The position numbers and the translations under genes are program-made. DNA of 64,000 bases from the human T2T-CHM13v2.0 reference genome, Homo sapiens: assembly GCF_009914755.1 (NCBI RefSeq), contig NC_060944.1; one strand, written 5' to 3'. The notes below the pieces were generated by a model. It saw only the letters and a program-made list of their open reading frames with translations, had not been told where the DNA came from and ran no database searches. Position 1 is the stretch's first letter; each line of letters begins with the position of its first letter. Positions 13,721-26,904 of this stretch are shown one piece after another.

Positions 13721-14239
13721 AGCTTGTCCTTTGTCTAATGACATGAACCCTAGTTTCATAGTAGAACCACAAAACTTTTAAGGGCAATGTATTGGCAGAA
13801 ACACTGCCTGCTAGGACTGAAAGGAACAGAAGTAGTACAAGATGAAAAAGGGCCTTTGGACCCCTGTCTATCCCTGAAAATCTCTGTTTGCAGAGGGTAA
13901 GAGAAGGGAAGCACAGTCCTGGCCTCTGGCCTCACTTGGGAGACTGTTTCTGTTCCCTGGCTATGCATGAAGAATGTTCAGCTTCCCATTCTCCTGTAGA
14001 ATTTGAGCTCTTCACCCTTAGTACCTAATTATAGTTCCAGTGCCTGGTGAACCTTGAGCTTCAGCCTGTCTCAGAATTGTAAAATTTTCTTGCATCACTA
14101 GTAAAGAGATTTGAGTATTATTTCTGAGCATGATCATGGCTATTTTAATAATTTAATGTACTTTATGTGCCGTTTCTATGAGTTTGGGAAAGAGAACAGA
14201 TCATTCTGTGACCTGGAAAGCAGTCCACTAGTATTTAAT

Positions 14240-14430
14240 TTTCATATCTCATTGAATTCTCACTATAACCCTGCAAGAGTACTCTTATTATCTTCCTCCT
14301 TTAAATGAGAAAACTGAGACTCAAAGAGATTAAGTGTCCTATTCAAAGTCATTCATATAGTAAGTAGTAGTTGATTCAGGATTCAAACCCAGGAAATATG
14401 ACTTCGGAGCTCATGCCTTTAACCACTGCT
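14240..14430 (-). mobile_element. MIR SINE
   Basis: aaatgagaaaactgagactcaaagagattaagtg...caggattcaaacccagg...tttaaccactg (MIR core). Confidence 0.85.
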
Positions 14431-14436
14431 GTATAT

Positions 14437-14585
14437 GACAGAACTTCTCAGAGCCTTTAATATGCTGGTGGGTATTATTAATGTCCAAAAGTGGTTATGC
14501 AGAATTTCCCAAATTTATCTTACCCTATCCCTTTTGAGTTTCTTTTACTACTACAGTTCTAAAGACATACTTTGTGAAATATTGC
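14437..14585. mobile_element. hAT-Charlie (Charlie4-like) fragment
   Basis: acttctcagagcctttaatatgct...tttcccaaatttat; related pieces near 25660 and 38480-38745. Confidence 0.55.
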
Positions 14586-14629
14586 AGAGATTGAGCAGAT
14601 AAAACTTGAGAAGTTATTGAAGTAGGTGA

Positions 14630-15032
14630 TGTAATAGTAAGCTTTTGTTAAATGAGGCCATGGTAACAAATTCTTCAAATATCAGTGCTTTATCAAACAA
14701 CAAGATTTTATTTCTCTTTCATGTCACATGTTAGAACTATAGTTTGGCTGCACCTTCGCTCAATATGTCTTTCATTTTGGAACCCAAGGAGAAGGAATTA
14801 TCCTAATCTAGAACATACCATCTTCATGACAGACAGAAAGAAAGAGCAAGAGATGGGGTAGAAACTTGCAACACATCTTAATTTCATGGATATGGTATAT
14901 GTTACATTTGTTCACCTGCCATTGGTCAAAGCATGCCACATGGCCAAAAACAAAGTCAATGAGATGAAAATGTGTACTTCCTTTACTGACAATAGAAGGG
15001 TAAATAATTCCAACAATAATGCAATCTACCAT
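14630..15032 (-). mobile_element. MaLR LTR (MLT1J-like)
   Basis: ccattggtcaaagcatgccacatggccaa...caaagtcaatg; end aacaataatgcaatctaccata. Confidence 0.7.
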
Positions 15033-16009
15033 AGAAAACAGAACCACTGAGAGCCCTCAATCAAACAGGCATTTTCAGTAGCAGAGAGGAGGGAAGTTGG
15101 AAGCTGTACTATAAAGATTTTAGGAAAAGCACAGGAGGTGTGATAATATGAGACAAGAGAAAGCATGTGGCTGAGGATTTTTATGGTTTCATGTGGCTAT
15201 GTGGGTGAGTAACAGAGTCTGTCCAGCATGTCCAGCCTAGGACATAGGAGAAATGTGAGGGTACCTGGATATCCTGTCTGGTATCAACACCTGCCAGCCA
15301 CCCATGTTAGAGATGTGTTGCTGGTTGCTCATTCTTATATGCCTCACACATTCTGAGAGCTCTTTCAATACAGTTTTTGAAACTACTTATATATCTTCAT
15401 TTACTTTCCTTCCCCCTTTCAATTGCTCCCTAATCAGCAGTGGATGATGTCCACCCTATAACCTGAATGTGATGTCATCTTTGGTATCGTTTAAGAAATA
15501 GCACTTAACAGTTGTTAACTATGGGAATCCATTTTTAGAACACTGCTTATCTTCTCCTTCTTTACAAAGGTGATTAAGATTTATTTTTACTTGGATGAAA
15601 ACAGCCTTCATTGATTTCTGCCCCATAGAGAGATGACAGGACACTTGCATTAGTCAGAGAGGAAGTTAACCCTTTACTTACTGCCACTGAGGCAGGCTAC
15701 ACAATTCCTCCCAGGGCATGTACAGTGGGCAAACAGAGTCAAAATTGTCTTGTTTTGTACAGAAGCAGCAAACCCAGAAATCAGAGAATGTGACTTCTCT
15801 GTGCTCAGTATGGAGGCGATTCTGAGAATTCCAACTTGTGGGAAGCTTTCTTCCTGGTTGACTACCAGGGGAGAGTGTGACTGACTCCAAACCAGCTCTG
15901 TGAGCCTTCCTTTCTTTTAGTATGAGAGCTGTACTTCCTTCCTCTCCCTCACACACACCCTGGTACGTCTGCATTCTGTATCCTTGTATGACAGAGACAC
16001 TTCCACATT

Positions 16010-16541
16010 TTTAGATGTTACAGCAACACCCTACTTCTAGGTACCAAGATCTATATTGCTTATCTCATACTTGGTTGCTGAAACCAACACAAATTTATTA
16101 TCTTATACTTCTGGAAGCCAGAAGCCTGAGATGGGTCTTAGGGGGCTAAAATCAAGGTGTTGGTGGGGCTGCATTCCTTCTGGAGGCTCTGGAGGAGAAT
16201 CCACTTCCTTGGCTTTTTCACCTTCTAGAAGCTGCCCACATTCTTTGGCTTGTGGCCCCTTCCATTTTCAAGTCCAGCAACAATGGCTAGTCAAGTGTTT
16301 CTCATGATGCCATCTCTCTAGTTATGATTCTTTTACCACCCTCTCCCCATTTAGGAACCCTTGTGGTTACATTGGGTCCATCTGGATAAGCTAGGATGAT
16401 AATCTTATCTTAAAGTCAGCCGATTAGCATCTTTAATTTCACCTGCAACCTTAACTTCTCCCTTGCCATGTAACCTAACCTCAGAGGTCCCGAGGATTAG
16501 GACGTAAACATCTTTGGGAGGCTATTATTCTACCTACCACA
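16010..16541 (-). mobile_element. MLT1C-like LTR plus start of MaLR internal sequence
   Basis: ggctaaaatcaaggtgttgg...ttccttctggaggctct; end ggattaggacgtaaacatctttggg...attctacctaccaca; adjacent cagcaacaccctacttctaggtaccaa matches the LTR-int junction. Confidence 0.8.
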
Positions 16542-16789
16542 ACATCTAAATCTTTTGCCCCTGTCAACTCTGCAAATGGAGATGGGTTTTAACCTGTTCA
16601 GAGATCTCTAGGGGGTCAGGGACATAAGAGAAATATACAGTGTATCACACAAACAATTTCAAATTAATGTTATGTTACTCTTATTCTAAAGAGTTCTTTG
16701 GACCCTGCAACAATGTGATTTTCTCAGCTTTGCTTTCTCTGTAGCTCCCAGCCACCTGTTAGATTGATGGTTAATATTTTCGCATCCTG

Positions 16790-17027
16790 ACTCATTTCTC
16801 CTCAATTAAAAAAAAATTCACAATCTTTCTGCTCTATTATGCAGAGCAATTTGTTTTCTTGAGTCTTTATCTTAGCTCACTGATCATGTCTTTAAATTTT
16901 TGATAGTTTGGCATTAATCTTGAGTTTTAAAATATTGCATTAAGTATTATTTATCTTGGTTATTGAGTTTTTTGGTGCCCTTTAAAATTTTGCACCTGAG
17001 TTGAGTGCTTCACTGTAGTCTGGGCCC
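16790..17027. mobile_element. hAT-Tip100 MITE (MER96-like)
   Basis: aaatattgcattaagtattatttatcttggttattgagttttttggtgccctttaaaattttgcacctgag. Confidence 0.55.
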
Positions 17028-17276
17028 TTTACTCCCTATACCTGCCTCACCTTGTCCCCATCACACTGGTCAGAGGCAGCCCCTGCTAAGAGGTTCTTAT
17101 GTATTATTCAAATAAAGTTCCATGCATTTAGATATATCTGTAAGTCTGAGTTAGACATCAGTTTCACACAAACATATACTTATTATTCCCTGTTCTGCAA
17201 CTGGCTTTTTGCCTCACTCAATGTGTTAAAAATCTTCCCAAAAGGTTGATATATTATAGCTCAGCATTATGCTTTT

Positions 17277-17607
17277 CTTTTTTTTTTGGACGGAGTTTTT
17301 GCTGTATTGCTCAGGTTGGAGTGCAAGGGCACGATCTTGGCTCACTGTAACCTCTGCCTCTGCCTCCTAGGTCACTCCTAGGTCTGCCTCAATCGCTCCT
17401 TGAAGTGATTCTCCTGCCTCAGTCTCCCAAGTAGCTGGGATTACAGATGCCAACCACCACACCTGGCAAATTTTTGTATTTTTTTTTAGTAGAGACGAGG
17501 TTTCACCCTGTTGGCCAGGCTAGTCTCGAACTCCTGACCTCAGGTGATCCATCCGCCTCAGCCTCCCAAAGTCCTAGGATTACAGGCATGAGCCACCGTG
17601 CTTGGTC
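17277..17607 (-). mobile_element. Alu (AluS) with a ~40 bp internal patchwork insertion
   Basis: Dimeric Alu; TSD cat(t/c)atgctttt at 17265-17276 and 17611-17622. Confidence 0.95.
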
Positions 17608-17734
17608 TGACATCATGCTTTTTAACACAGCTCAGAATTTTCACTTTTGTGTATTTTCCTAATAATTTGTAATGACGTTGTATTTTTTCTATACAAGAAA
17701 ACAAAAGAATATTTAAAATAGTAGTGAAAAGAAT

Positions 17735-17975
17735 AGTTACATTTATTGAGAGACTATTTAAAGTGCCAGTACTATTTAAGTTGTTATGCATTATCTTATT
17801 AATCCTGTTGGTAACGCTGTGGGATAGGAGTCATTATTGTACCTTACAGATGAGGAAACTGAGATTTAGATGAATTAAGTAACTTGGCTCAATATATTAC
17901 ATCCAGAGGTGGTAGAGCCAGGATTTGAATGCGGATTTATCTTCCTTCAAAGACCGTGCTTTTAACCACACTCTT
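17735..17975 (-). mobile_element. MIR SINE
   Basis: ttacagatgaggaaactgagatttagatgaattaagtaacttggctcaa...gagccaggatttgaat. Confidence 0.88.
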
Positions 17976-19737
17976 TAATATATCAAAGTATTTACCAAGG
18001 CCTATTCTTTAAAAGACCCAGTAGAAGCCCCCTGAGTTACATTCAGTGATGAGAATAACGAGGGCCTCATGTGAACTGTTAAACAACAATAAACTTAACA
18101 GAGGACAGAGTTATGAGAAATGCCATGTGGGGCTGACTGGTTAAGTATCCCAGGAGTGGATCGGATACATTTGCTTATTTTTCCAGAGTTCGAAGGGAGC
18201 TGTGTGGATTGAACAGTTAGTGCCAGAGACTACAAGGTGCGTTTAAGATGCTCCCAGGACAAGCTTCCTTTGCTCCATCTTAGAACAGTAAAAGTTAGCT
18301 CAGTCTTTCTTATTCGGTGCTCCTCTCCTTACGTGAGATTATTTACATTCCTCATTCTTTTTCCTGGCCCAGTACTAGATTCTGATATTGGTTTCTGGCT
18401 GTAACAGTCATAATACTTTGATTTGCAAATAAGAGAAAAGTCAATTTACATTAGCTTAAATATCGAAGGAAGTTTCTTGGCTTATGTAACTGATTAGTTC
18501 AGAGGTAGCATGCTTCAGGCATGGTTTGATCAGAGTTCTGGCTATGTTTCATTGTGAGTTATCTGTGCTGGTATTGTAATGTGTCAACTGGCTAGGCTGG
18601 ACTGACATTTTCAGAATTTCCTTTTCTGCATGCTTCTTATTAGGGTAGACCACAAAAGGTATTTTCAGGTAAGATAAGAGGGTGGAAATGAAGCAGCAGT
18701 CATTTTTGTTTTTGACACTCAGAAGGTCGGAGCAGGCATATGGAGTGGGGAAAGTATGCCAGTTAACCTATTTCATAATCACATGCTCTATCGCTGTTCC
18801 TGAAGCTATGCCAAGGTAGCTGGGTTTGGAAGTGTTTCCAGCCTTGGTTTCATGTTCCAGAATTGCAAAACTTCAAGACAAGTGTTAACTTGGGCCATGA
18901 ACCCAGGCTTTCTCTTCTTTCTGGTGAATCTTCTTTTAAAATCTTGTTGTCCTTACATTTTTTTTTCTATTAGGCAGACCATCTCGGTCAACTCAAAGTT
19001 GTTCTAGTGTTGAATCTACTTCCTAGGTTCAGTTCAGGATTTCAATCCCCTTCCTACAAGGTTTTTAGCTCCTTGGTAGATTGATTCATTTCTCCCTTAC
19101 AAAGATGTTTCTGCACTCCTGGGAGCTTTGGGAAAGTACATTTTGTCGGGTGAGGAGAATCCTCTTTATTCAGGGTTAAGTGTCTCCTTGGACTTAACTT
19201 GCATAACTACAAGGGACACCCAAGTAACTCCCAAGAAGTGAGAAAGCAGAGAGCTGCAGAGTGCTTTGCTGGTCTACTTTGGCAGAGAAGAGTCCTCAGC
19301 TGCTTTCCCGAGAGAATTTAATTTAATTTCTACCTTACCAAGCAACCCCTTGTATCTGAATTGACTGTGTCTTTATGGGATGATCTCTCATTGCACGCCC
19401 TGTTGATGCCCACGAGGTTGTCCCTGGGATCTTGGACACAGCCTAGAGTCCCTTTCACATACATGTGAATAAGTAGAGTGACATTCATTCAATAAGTATA
19501 AGTTATGCTAGGGAAGCCATAGGGAAGAGGTGAGCTTGGAAGAATGGGTAGGATTTTGGAAGAGGAGTAATAAGGACCTTGAAAAGGAGGAATGACATAT
19601 ATAAAGGCATAAAGGTGAGAGCAGAGAAAGTTCCAGTTCTTGGGGAGGTGATGAATCTGGAAGGAGAGGCCTCAGCCTTGGCCCCACCACTGTTTGTGGG
19701 GCCTTAGTAGAGGATACTCTTGTGTGCTGTCCAGTGA

Positions 19738-20113
<376 letters not shown>

Positions 20114-20319
20114 TGAGTCAAAGAGTGTGAATTTGGAGAGCCTTTGGCCTTGTCATAGGTAAACAAGGAGAGGGCACCTGTGAGTCTTACCTAAGACATG
20201 TGGGGCAGGGTGCACCATTGCAATAATCTATTTTCTGGGACACCAAAGGGTGGGAGATTTTTTAACTTCCACATTTTCCAAGATCACAGGGCTTGGATAA
20301 AGTTCAATATTGTCACTGG

Positions 20320-20769
20320 ATTCTGATGGATCCCTTTTGCCGACTCTGTGTGCCCATCCCCCAGCTTTTGTGGGCTTTGCTGCTGACTGCTCACTCCTGT
20401 GACCCTCTTCAGAGGGTTGCCCTTGGGTGCAGAAGCCCATAGGGGTGGGGATAGGTTCCTCCATCACAGCCTGAAGTGCCTGGGACTTTGTTCCCACCAT
20501 TGTCATGACTGGTGTGGGAGTACAAAGGCCTAGCTCCTGTGTCCAAAGCTGGACACAGTCTAAGGTGCAACTCACTCCAGAACTCCATGGAGGATGAGGC
20601 TGGGGCTGAAACTTCTCCGAAATTGCACCTTTGTTCAGCTTCTTTCCTTTTTCTATGTTGCTTCCTTCATTCCCTGACTGGTTTCTTCTTAGAGCACTTC
20701 TTTGACAAACCTTCCTACGCTCAAATCTTCAGCTCAGGCTTTGCTTCTGGGAGAACTCAACCCAAGACA
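20320..20769 (+). mobile_element. ERVL LTR (LTR16-like)
   Basis: gtgggagtacaaaggcctagctcc...ctcaggctttgcttctgggagaactcaacccaagaca terminus. Confidence 0.7.
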
Positions 20770-21669
20770 GCTTCAGGTTTCCCATTGGTAGAATGGAGGC
20801 CTTGGGATAGACCACTGGTTTTAGAGCTTTGCTTTGACTACAGATCCCTTTCTATACATGAAGATCTATGAAGAAGTCCAGAATATCAAACAGGTTAGAA
20901 TGGAACTGCTGAAGTTGATGTGGGGCAGTGTCCCTGCATCCCCTCCTCACTATTCCCACCCCCCTTCTCAACTTTGGTAGCAGTCCTGCTCTACCTTGCA
21001 GATGCTACACCCCCATCCCACCTTCTTGGGGCTCCATGGGCACAGTGCACCAGCTCTGGACTGGATGGTAATGTCCTCTAGCTCTAGCTCCATGATATCC
21101 TTGGCATCAAGTGACAGCAATTGTTGCTGCAGACTTCAGGTCAGGAGTGGCCTTGCATGCTCCTGAGCCCAAGGTGCTCCTGATGGTACTGCCAGTGTCC
21201 TCACTGGGGCATTTTATCCTGCATATCCTCCTGAAAGGCAATTTTATCCTGTATATCCTGCTTCTGGCCAATCCAGTAGCCCCACAGTCTTCTCTGAGAC
21301 CTTGAGTTTGCAATGAGGTTCCCAGAGACTGGAACCTCACAGAGTTCCTGGTTATTGCTTTGAATTTGCACCTGTGGATTTAACTCCTGGTGATCCAAAG
21401 GCAATCAACTTTGGGGTGGAACTTCATGAGTTGGCTTCCTAGGAGAGAATTGGCAGTGGCAGCTAGAGGAAGTGTGTGAGAGGCTCTGTTCAGCAGGGTG
21501 AGCATATGCCTTGCTCATTCGAGGCACTGACAGTGGCAGAAACCAAAGGAAAGGAGCAGAGGCAGAGTGGCTTGGGGCATTACAATGATCCGTGCAGTTA
21601 GATGTGCTCGGTGTTGATGCTAGACGTGCTCCTCCCATTGATGATAGTGGCAACAACAGTACTGATCCC

Positions 21670-21880
21670 TTTAACATTATTGAGGTCTATTATGTGCCAG
21701 GTATTGTGCTAAAAACACCTAGTCTTTATGGAAGTCTTGTGATGTAGGCTCTATTCTTACTCCCATTGTACAGATGAAGAAGATGAGGCATAACAATTTG
21801 TGCAAGCCCACACAGTTAATGTGCCGGAGTCAGGCTTTGAACTCCGACAGTCTGACTCCAGACCACCTCTTCCTCCCAGT
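21670..21880 (-). mobile_element. MIR SINE
   Basis: cccattgtacagatgaagaagatgaggca...caggctttgaactcc...tctgactccaga. Confidence 0.8.
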
Positions 21881-22615
21881 ATCCATGCTCTGGTGCCTCC
21901 TGTGGCACACTCAGAAGATGGCCTGCATGTGCATGTGCTCATTTCTGTGTGTGTGCATGCATGCATGTTTATGCAGGACTGGGAATGCAGGGGAGTTAGA
22001 GTCCAGTTAGGAAGGAGAGAGGAAATATGATCTCTTTGTTGCATGTGGGCACCGTAACTCCAGCCAGGCAAAGTGCTGGTCTGTTGTAGCTCATTTTTAT
22101 GTTTTTATTTAGAAGCTTCAATACCAGAGCTGATGGCAGAAAATGTGCAGTAAAATGCGGGGAGGCCGCTGGGTAATGGCCCCTGTAAAGTGTTAATTGC
22201 CTATTGAGACTGCAGACTTTGTCCATGCTCCAGGATCTGAACTATTGACAGGTTCTAATTTATTTCGGGCCCACAAAGCGGGCTCCTCCTCTAAACAGGC
22301 TTCCAATCAGTCACGCTTCCCTGGGCCTGCCAAGAAGCTCCAGTCGATAAGTATGTTTGCTGCCTTAACCCTTTGAAGCTGGTCGTGTGGTCTGATTCTG
22401 GCTTGCCTTAAGGAAACTTCCATGCACAATGGTCTTGGATGAAAATCCATGAGAATCAAGTGCTGACTCCGTGCTGGGCTCCCAGCTGGGTGTTTTACAT
22501 GCATTGTCTCTGATCCTTACCGCTTAGAGAAGCAGGTAGTATCTCTTCAAGGACATCCTAACCTCAGAGAAGTTGAATTAATTGTTTAAGTGACCACTAT
22601 GATTATACTTCAGAC

Positions 22616-23006
22616 TGTTACGGGCTAAACTGTGTTCCCTCAAATTCATGCTTTGAAGCTCTAGCTCTCAGTACCTTGGAATGTGACCGTATTTGAATAT
22701 AGGGCCATTAAAGAGGTGATTCAGCTACAACGAGGTCTTAGGGTGGGCCCTGATCTAATCTTACTGGTGTTCTTTCAAGAAGAGGAAATTTGGACACAGA
22801 TAAATACAGAGGGGTGACCCACTGGAAGACACAGGGAGAAGGCAGCCATCTACAGACTAAGGGGAGAGGCCTCAGAAGAAACCAATCCTGCTGACACCTT
22901 AATCTCAAACTGCAAGCCTCCAGAATTATAAGGAAATGAATTCCTGTTGCTTAAGCCACCCAGTCTGAGGTATTTTGTTATGGTAGCCCGAGCAGGTGAC
23001 TACACA
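22616..23006 (+). mobile_element. MaLR LTR (MLT1A/B)
   Basis: tgttacgggctaaactgtgttccctcaaattcat...gaggcctcagaagaaaccaatcctgctgacacctt...ttaagccacccagtctgaggtattttgttatgg. Confidence 0.9.
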
Positions 23007-23209
23007 CACCCAGGACTTGGTGTGGCCTTGAATTTATGCACATGACCACTGTAAGTATGAAAACTCTGTTCTCTGGCTTATGGCTCCAGTTAGAATAAGA
23101 AGCAGAAAGTGGGCAATATTACCTCTTTGCAGTAAATTTGTTCTTAGGTTGGGTCCTCAAAGGGCCCATGCCTATCCATTAGAAAGAAAAAGAAAGCTAG
23201 ATTTGGGAT

Positions 23210-23600
23210 TCTAAGTGCAAAAAGAAGTCATTGACTGTTTCTAAGCAGAGTCAGTAACACAATCAGAATTTCTTTCTTTTTTTGGAAAAAATAGTCTCCT
23301 CTGGCTACTGTGCATAGAGAATGGATGGTAGAACACAAAAGTGAAGCAAGGAGACCCCAGAGGAGGCTGTTGCACTGCAGGCAAGAGATGAAAGTGACTT
23401 GATGGAGAGTGGTGGCAACAGAGAAGGAAAGAGGTGAATAGATTTGAAATAGATTTTTGAGATGGAATTGACAGAACTTGCTGATGGATTGGGGGTGGAG
23501 GTGAGAGGGAGGGAGTTGACAAGTGATGATGCTCTTGTTTCTGGCTTGAGCAACCTCGTCTTTACAGGAGCTATTTATGAGGAGGGAAGACATGAAGAGG
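23210..23600 (-). mobile_element. L2 ORF2 C-terminal remnant
   Basis: ORF 23228-23647 contains FHLKNLFQIYSPLS...ISCLQCNSLLWGL, similar to the L2/CR1-clade motif ISRLDYCNSLL. Confidence 0.75.
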
Positions 23601-23824
23601 AATCGATTGGGTGGCAGGTGTTCACTTTCTTTAAGTGGGCTGTCCACTGGAACATAAGCTCTGAGAGGGCAAATTTATTGATTGAAGGTTGTATGAATCT
23701 ATTTATTCCTGTCCCCACATTTCATGCACACATATGGTTTTTATATGAACCAGAAATAATGTAGTTTCTTTTTTCTACATCAGAAGCAGACTATATTTTA
23801 TGTCAAGGGTGACATCTAATTTTG

Positions 23825-24102
23825 CTAGTCTCACTCTGTTGCCCAGCCTGGAGTGCAGTGGTATGATGTGGCTCACTGCCTGCCGCCTGAAACTCCTGGG
23901 CTCACGAGAACCTCCCACCTCAGCCTCCCAAGTAGCTGGAACTACAGGTGTGAACTACCATACCTGGTTAATTAAAAAAAATTTGTAGAGATGGGTGTCA
24001 CTATGTTGCCCAGGCTGTTCTTGAACTCCTTGCCTCAAATGATTCTCCCTTCTTGGCCTCCCAAAGCTCTTGGATTACAAGTGTGTGCCACTGTGCCCAG
24101 CC
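23825..24102 (-). mobile_element. AluJ
   Basis: Diverged dimer with J-type aactcctgggctca and cactatgttgcccaggctg. Confidence 0.9.
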
Positions 24103-24425
24103 ATCACTTAGCATAATGTTTCAAAGGTTCATCAACGTTTATCATCCACTGATACATGTTGTAGCATGCATAGGTACTTCATTCCTTTTTATGGTTGAAT
24201 AATATTTCATTGTATGAACAGACCATATTTTGTTTACCCATTCACCAGTTTTTGAACATTTGTGTTGTTTTTACCTTTTGGCTATTGTAAATAGTGCTGT
24301 TATGAACATTTGTGTAAAAATTTTTGTTTGGACACCTGTTTTCAATTCTTTGGGGGTATATAACTAGCAGTGGAATTATTGGATCATATGGTAATTCTAT
24401 ATTGAACTTAGTGAGGAACCAATGT
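24103..24425 (-). mobile_element. L1M 3' fragment
   Basis: tcacttagcataatgtttcaaaggttcatc...ttggctattgtaaatagtgctgttatgaacatt...ggatcatatggtaattctat. Confidence 0.85.
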
Positions 24426-25029
24426 AAGGCATATTGATGATAACTGATATGTTCCATTTTGGAAAGAGGAAATGGAGGCCCAGGATGGTCTCAACTACCA
24501 TCTAAACATCCTCAACTCTCAGCTCTTTAACTTCGGTCCAAATCTTCTCTGTGGTCTTTAGCCCATGTATTTAATTCCTGGTGGACATTTCTACCTGGAT
24601 ATCTCATAGTCACCTCAAACTCAGAGTGTCTGAAACCAAACACACCAACTTCTTCCGTTTATTCCCATAACAGCTTCATTTCCTGTTTCATCTCAGTGAA
24701 TGACACCACCGTCCAATCAGCTAGCAGTGGGACATCATCGTTGGCCTGTCAAGGGATGGTACTATTTACTGTGTGACCGTGGGCAAGCCATCCATCTCTA
24801 TACTTTAGTTTCCTTGTCCAGAAAGTTAGAAGATAATCTTACTGGGGATGAGTATGAGGATCAAGCGAGATGACTCTCTCTCTCTCATCTCTACCCCCAT
24901 CTTAGCAAAGTGTCTGGCACACACTGTGAGCTCAACACTATTAACATGGAACTGTTTTGGGTAAGATGTGTTATTATCCTGTGGAGCTGGTGTTTCACAG
25001 AACAGAGTTGAGGGAAATAGTGAACTGTA

Positions 25030-25180
25030 GCAATCATTTTCAAATGTGTTCTTGCAACTGGCAGCATCAGCAGTACCTCCGCTCTATGGAATCAGAGTAT
25101 TGAGGGATAGAGCCCAGGAACTGGCACAATTAAAAAATGCCCCAGGTGATTTTGACACTCAGCCAAGTTTGGAAGCCACT
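25030..25180. mobile_element. MER5-family MITE
   Basis: gcagcatcagca...gaatcaga...gcccaggaa...cccaggtgattttgacac...aagtttggaagccactg. Confidence 0.65.
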
Positions 25181-26904
25181 GAATTCAGCTAATTACATTC
25201 TACTATCAGTAAATACATTAGAAACATTAGTAATTTCAATCAAACATGAATTTCACTGTTTTCCTCCCCAAATCTAATAAGAGCATCAATCTTTGATCTT
25301 TCAAATAGGTCTCCGTTTCTTCTCACTATTCTGTTGAACTTGGGCAGCCTTTTTTATGTGGTCCCCATCAGAGCTGTCCTTTATCAAGTTGCATTTTGCT
25401 CTCAGGACTGACAGCATCTGGACATTAAATTAAAAATTACTTAGACATACTATTGGTGATAATGTTGGGCACTTTGTGACTCACCTCATACTGTCGTCCT
25501 TAGGAAAACTGTGGCTAGTCCAGACCAGGCATAGGTCTTCTTGTGGAGGGCATAGATCAGAAAGCATTAGAGATAGAGGAAGGTGTTAGCTAGTGTTCTG
25601 TATACAAAGGAGCCTGTAGGACACAGTGTTAAGCAAAATGATCCAGCTTCCTTTTCTTCAGGACTTCTCAGAGCCTTGAATATAGTAGTGGACACTGACT
25701 ATCCTAAAGTGCAAATGAACTATAACTGCAAGTAGCCCAGTCTGGACAAGGAGGGAGGCCTTCCAAAGGACACAGTTTCTAGGTGGTTAGTTTTGGACAT
25801 CCTGATATATCTTGTCAGGGGCAGCAGCAAAGCTTTGGGGCAGCCTTCCTGAAGATCTGAGCTGAGGAAGGGTCAACGTGGAGAAGTGGGTGTGAAGGGG
25901 GGAAGGTTGTTGGACATTGAGATCTATCCATTGATCTATTTTGATCAATGTCTGTCAATATCCTTATGTCCTGACTACCTGGTTCACCCTCTGGCTCTGA
26001 AAAGAACCACTTTGGTTTCTGATGTTCTGGAGGCCCACCAGACCCTCTAATGACCTGAGCACTGGGTCTGTCTTCCTGGCACCCATCACCAGTGTCACAT
26101 ATATGTCCCAGCCACACCATCCATCATGTCAAATTGTATGTACAACTGTCTTCTCCATTATGAGCTACTGAAGGCAGGTCTTGTGTCTTTTTCTTCTGTC
26201 GCCTCCTAGCATAGCACCAGGCACACTAGTTGTGTTGATTAGTGTTTGTCAGTTCCATAAGGCCACCAGGATGCTCTGTTTTGTAGGAAAGGAAGAGAGG
26301 CAGCAGGAAAGCAGGCAAGGCAGCTTATACACTCTCAGGGATTGGAAGGAATCAGGAGAGGGCTCCAAGCCCCTGGGGCTGCACAGCCCATTTCTCTGCA
26401 GATTGCCACCACTAGAGAGCACAGTGCACCTAGGAACAGGGTCTGCCGAGTGTCTGGCTCTGGCCCAGCCCAGCTCTGCTCAGCCCCCCACCCCTCCTGG
26501 CAACACCGCAATGGGAAGCAGGATTTGGATGAGGCTCAGCCCTGCCTCAGACACTTTGCAATCTTAGGCCTAATTAAAACACCACAGATGGTTTGAACCC
26601 CGCATTAAAATTTGATGAGGAATTGATCAGCCAAGCAAACAGGAAATTTAGCTGTGAGTGAAGGTAATGTTTGCTCAAATGTGTAATGAGGCCCACGGGG
26701 AATATTTGTGGGGACCTCCGTCATGTCTGGAGTGGCTCCTGCTCTTCAATTTCATTTTCCCTATTTGCCTTTCCCCTCAAAACATCCCAAGATGCTTCCA
26801 GAGGGGAAAGGCAACACAGGGAAAGTTTTAGTTTCATAAGAATTTCCTTTGAAAACCCAAGGAAATCTAAAATCCTCAACTATGTACTGGAAAAATAGCA
26901 CAGG

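Noticed and set aside
18565-19440. Possible ERVL/MLT2-type LTR followed by retroviral internal or pseudogene sequence
   Set aside because: I could not assign a family or a protein motif from the sequence alone; it needs Dfam or tBLASTx
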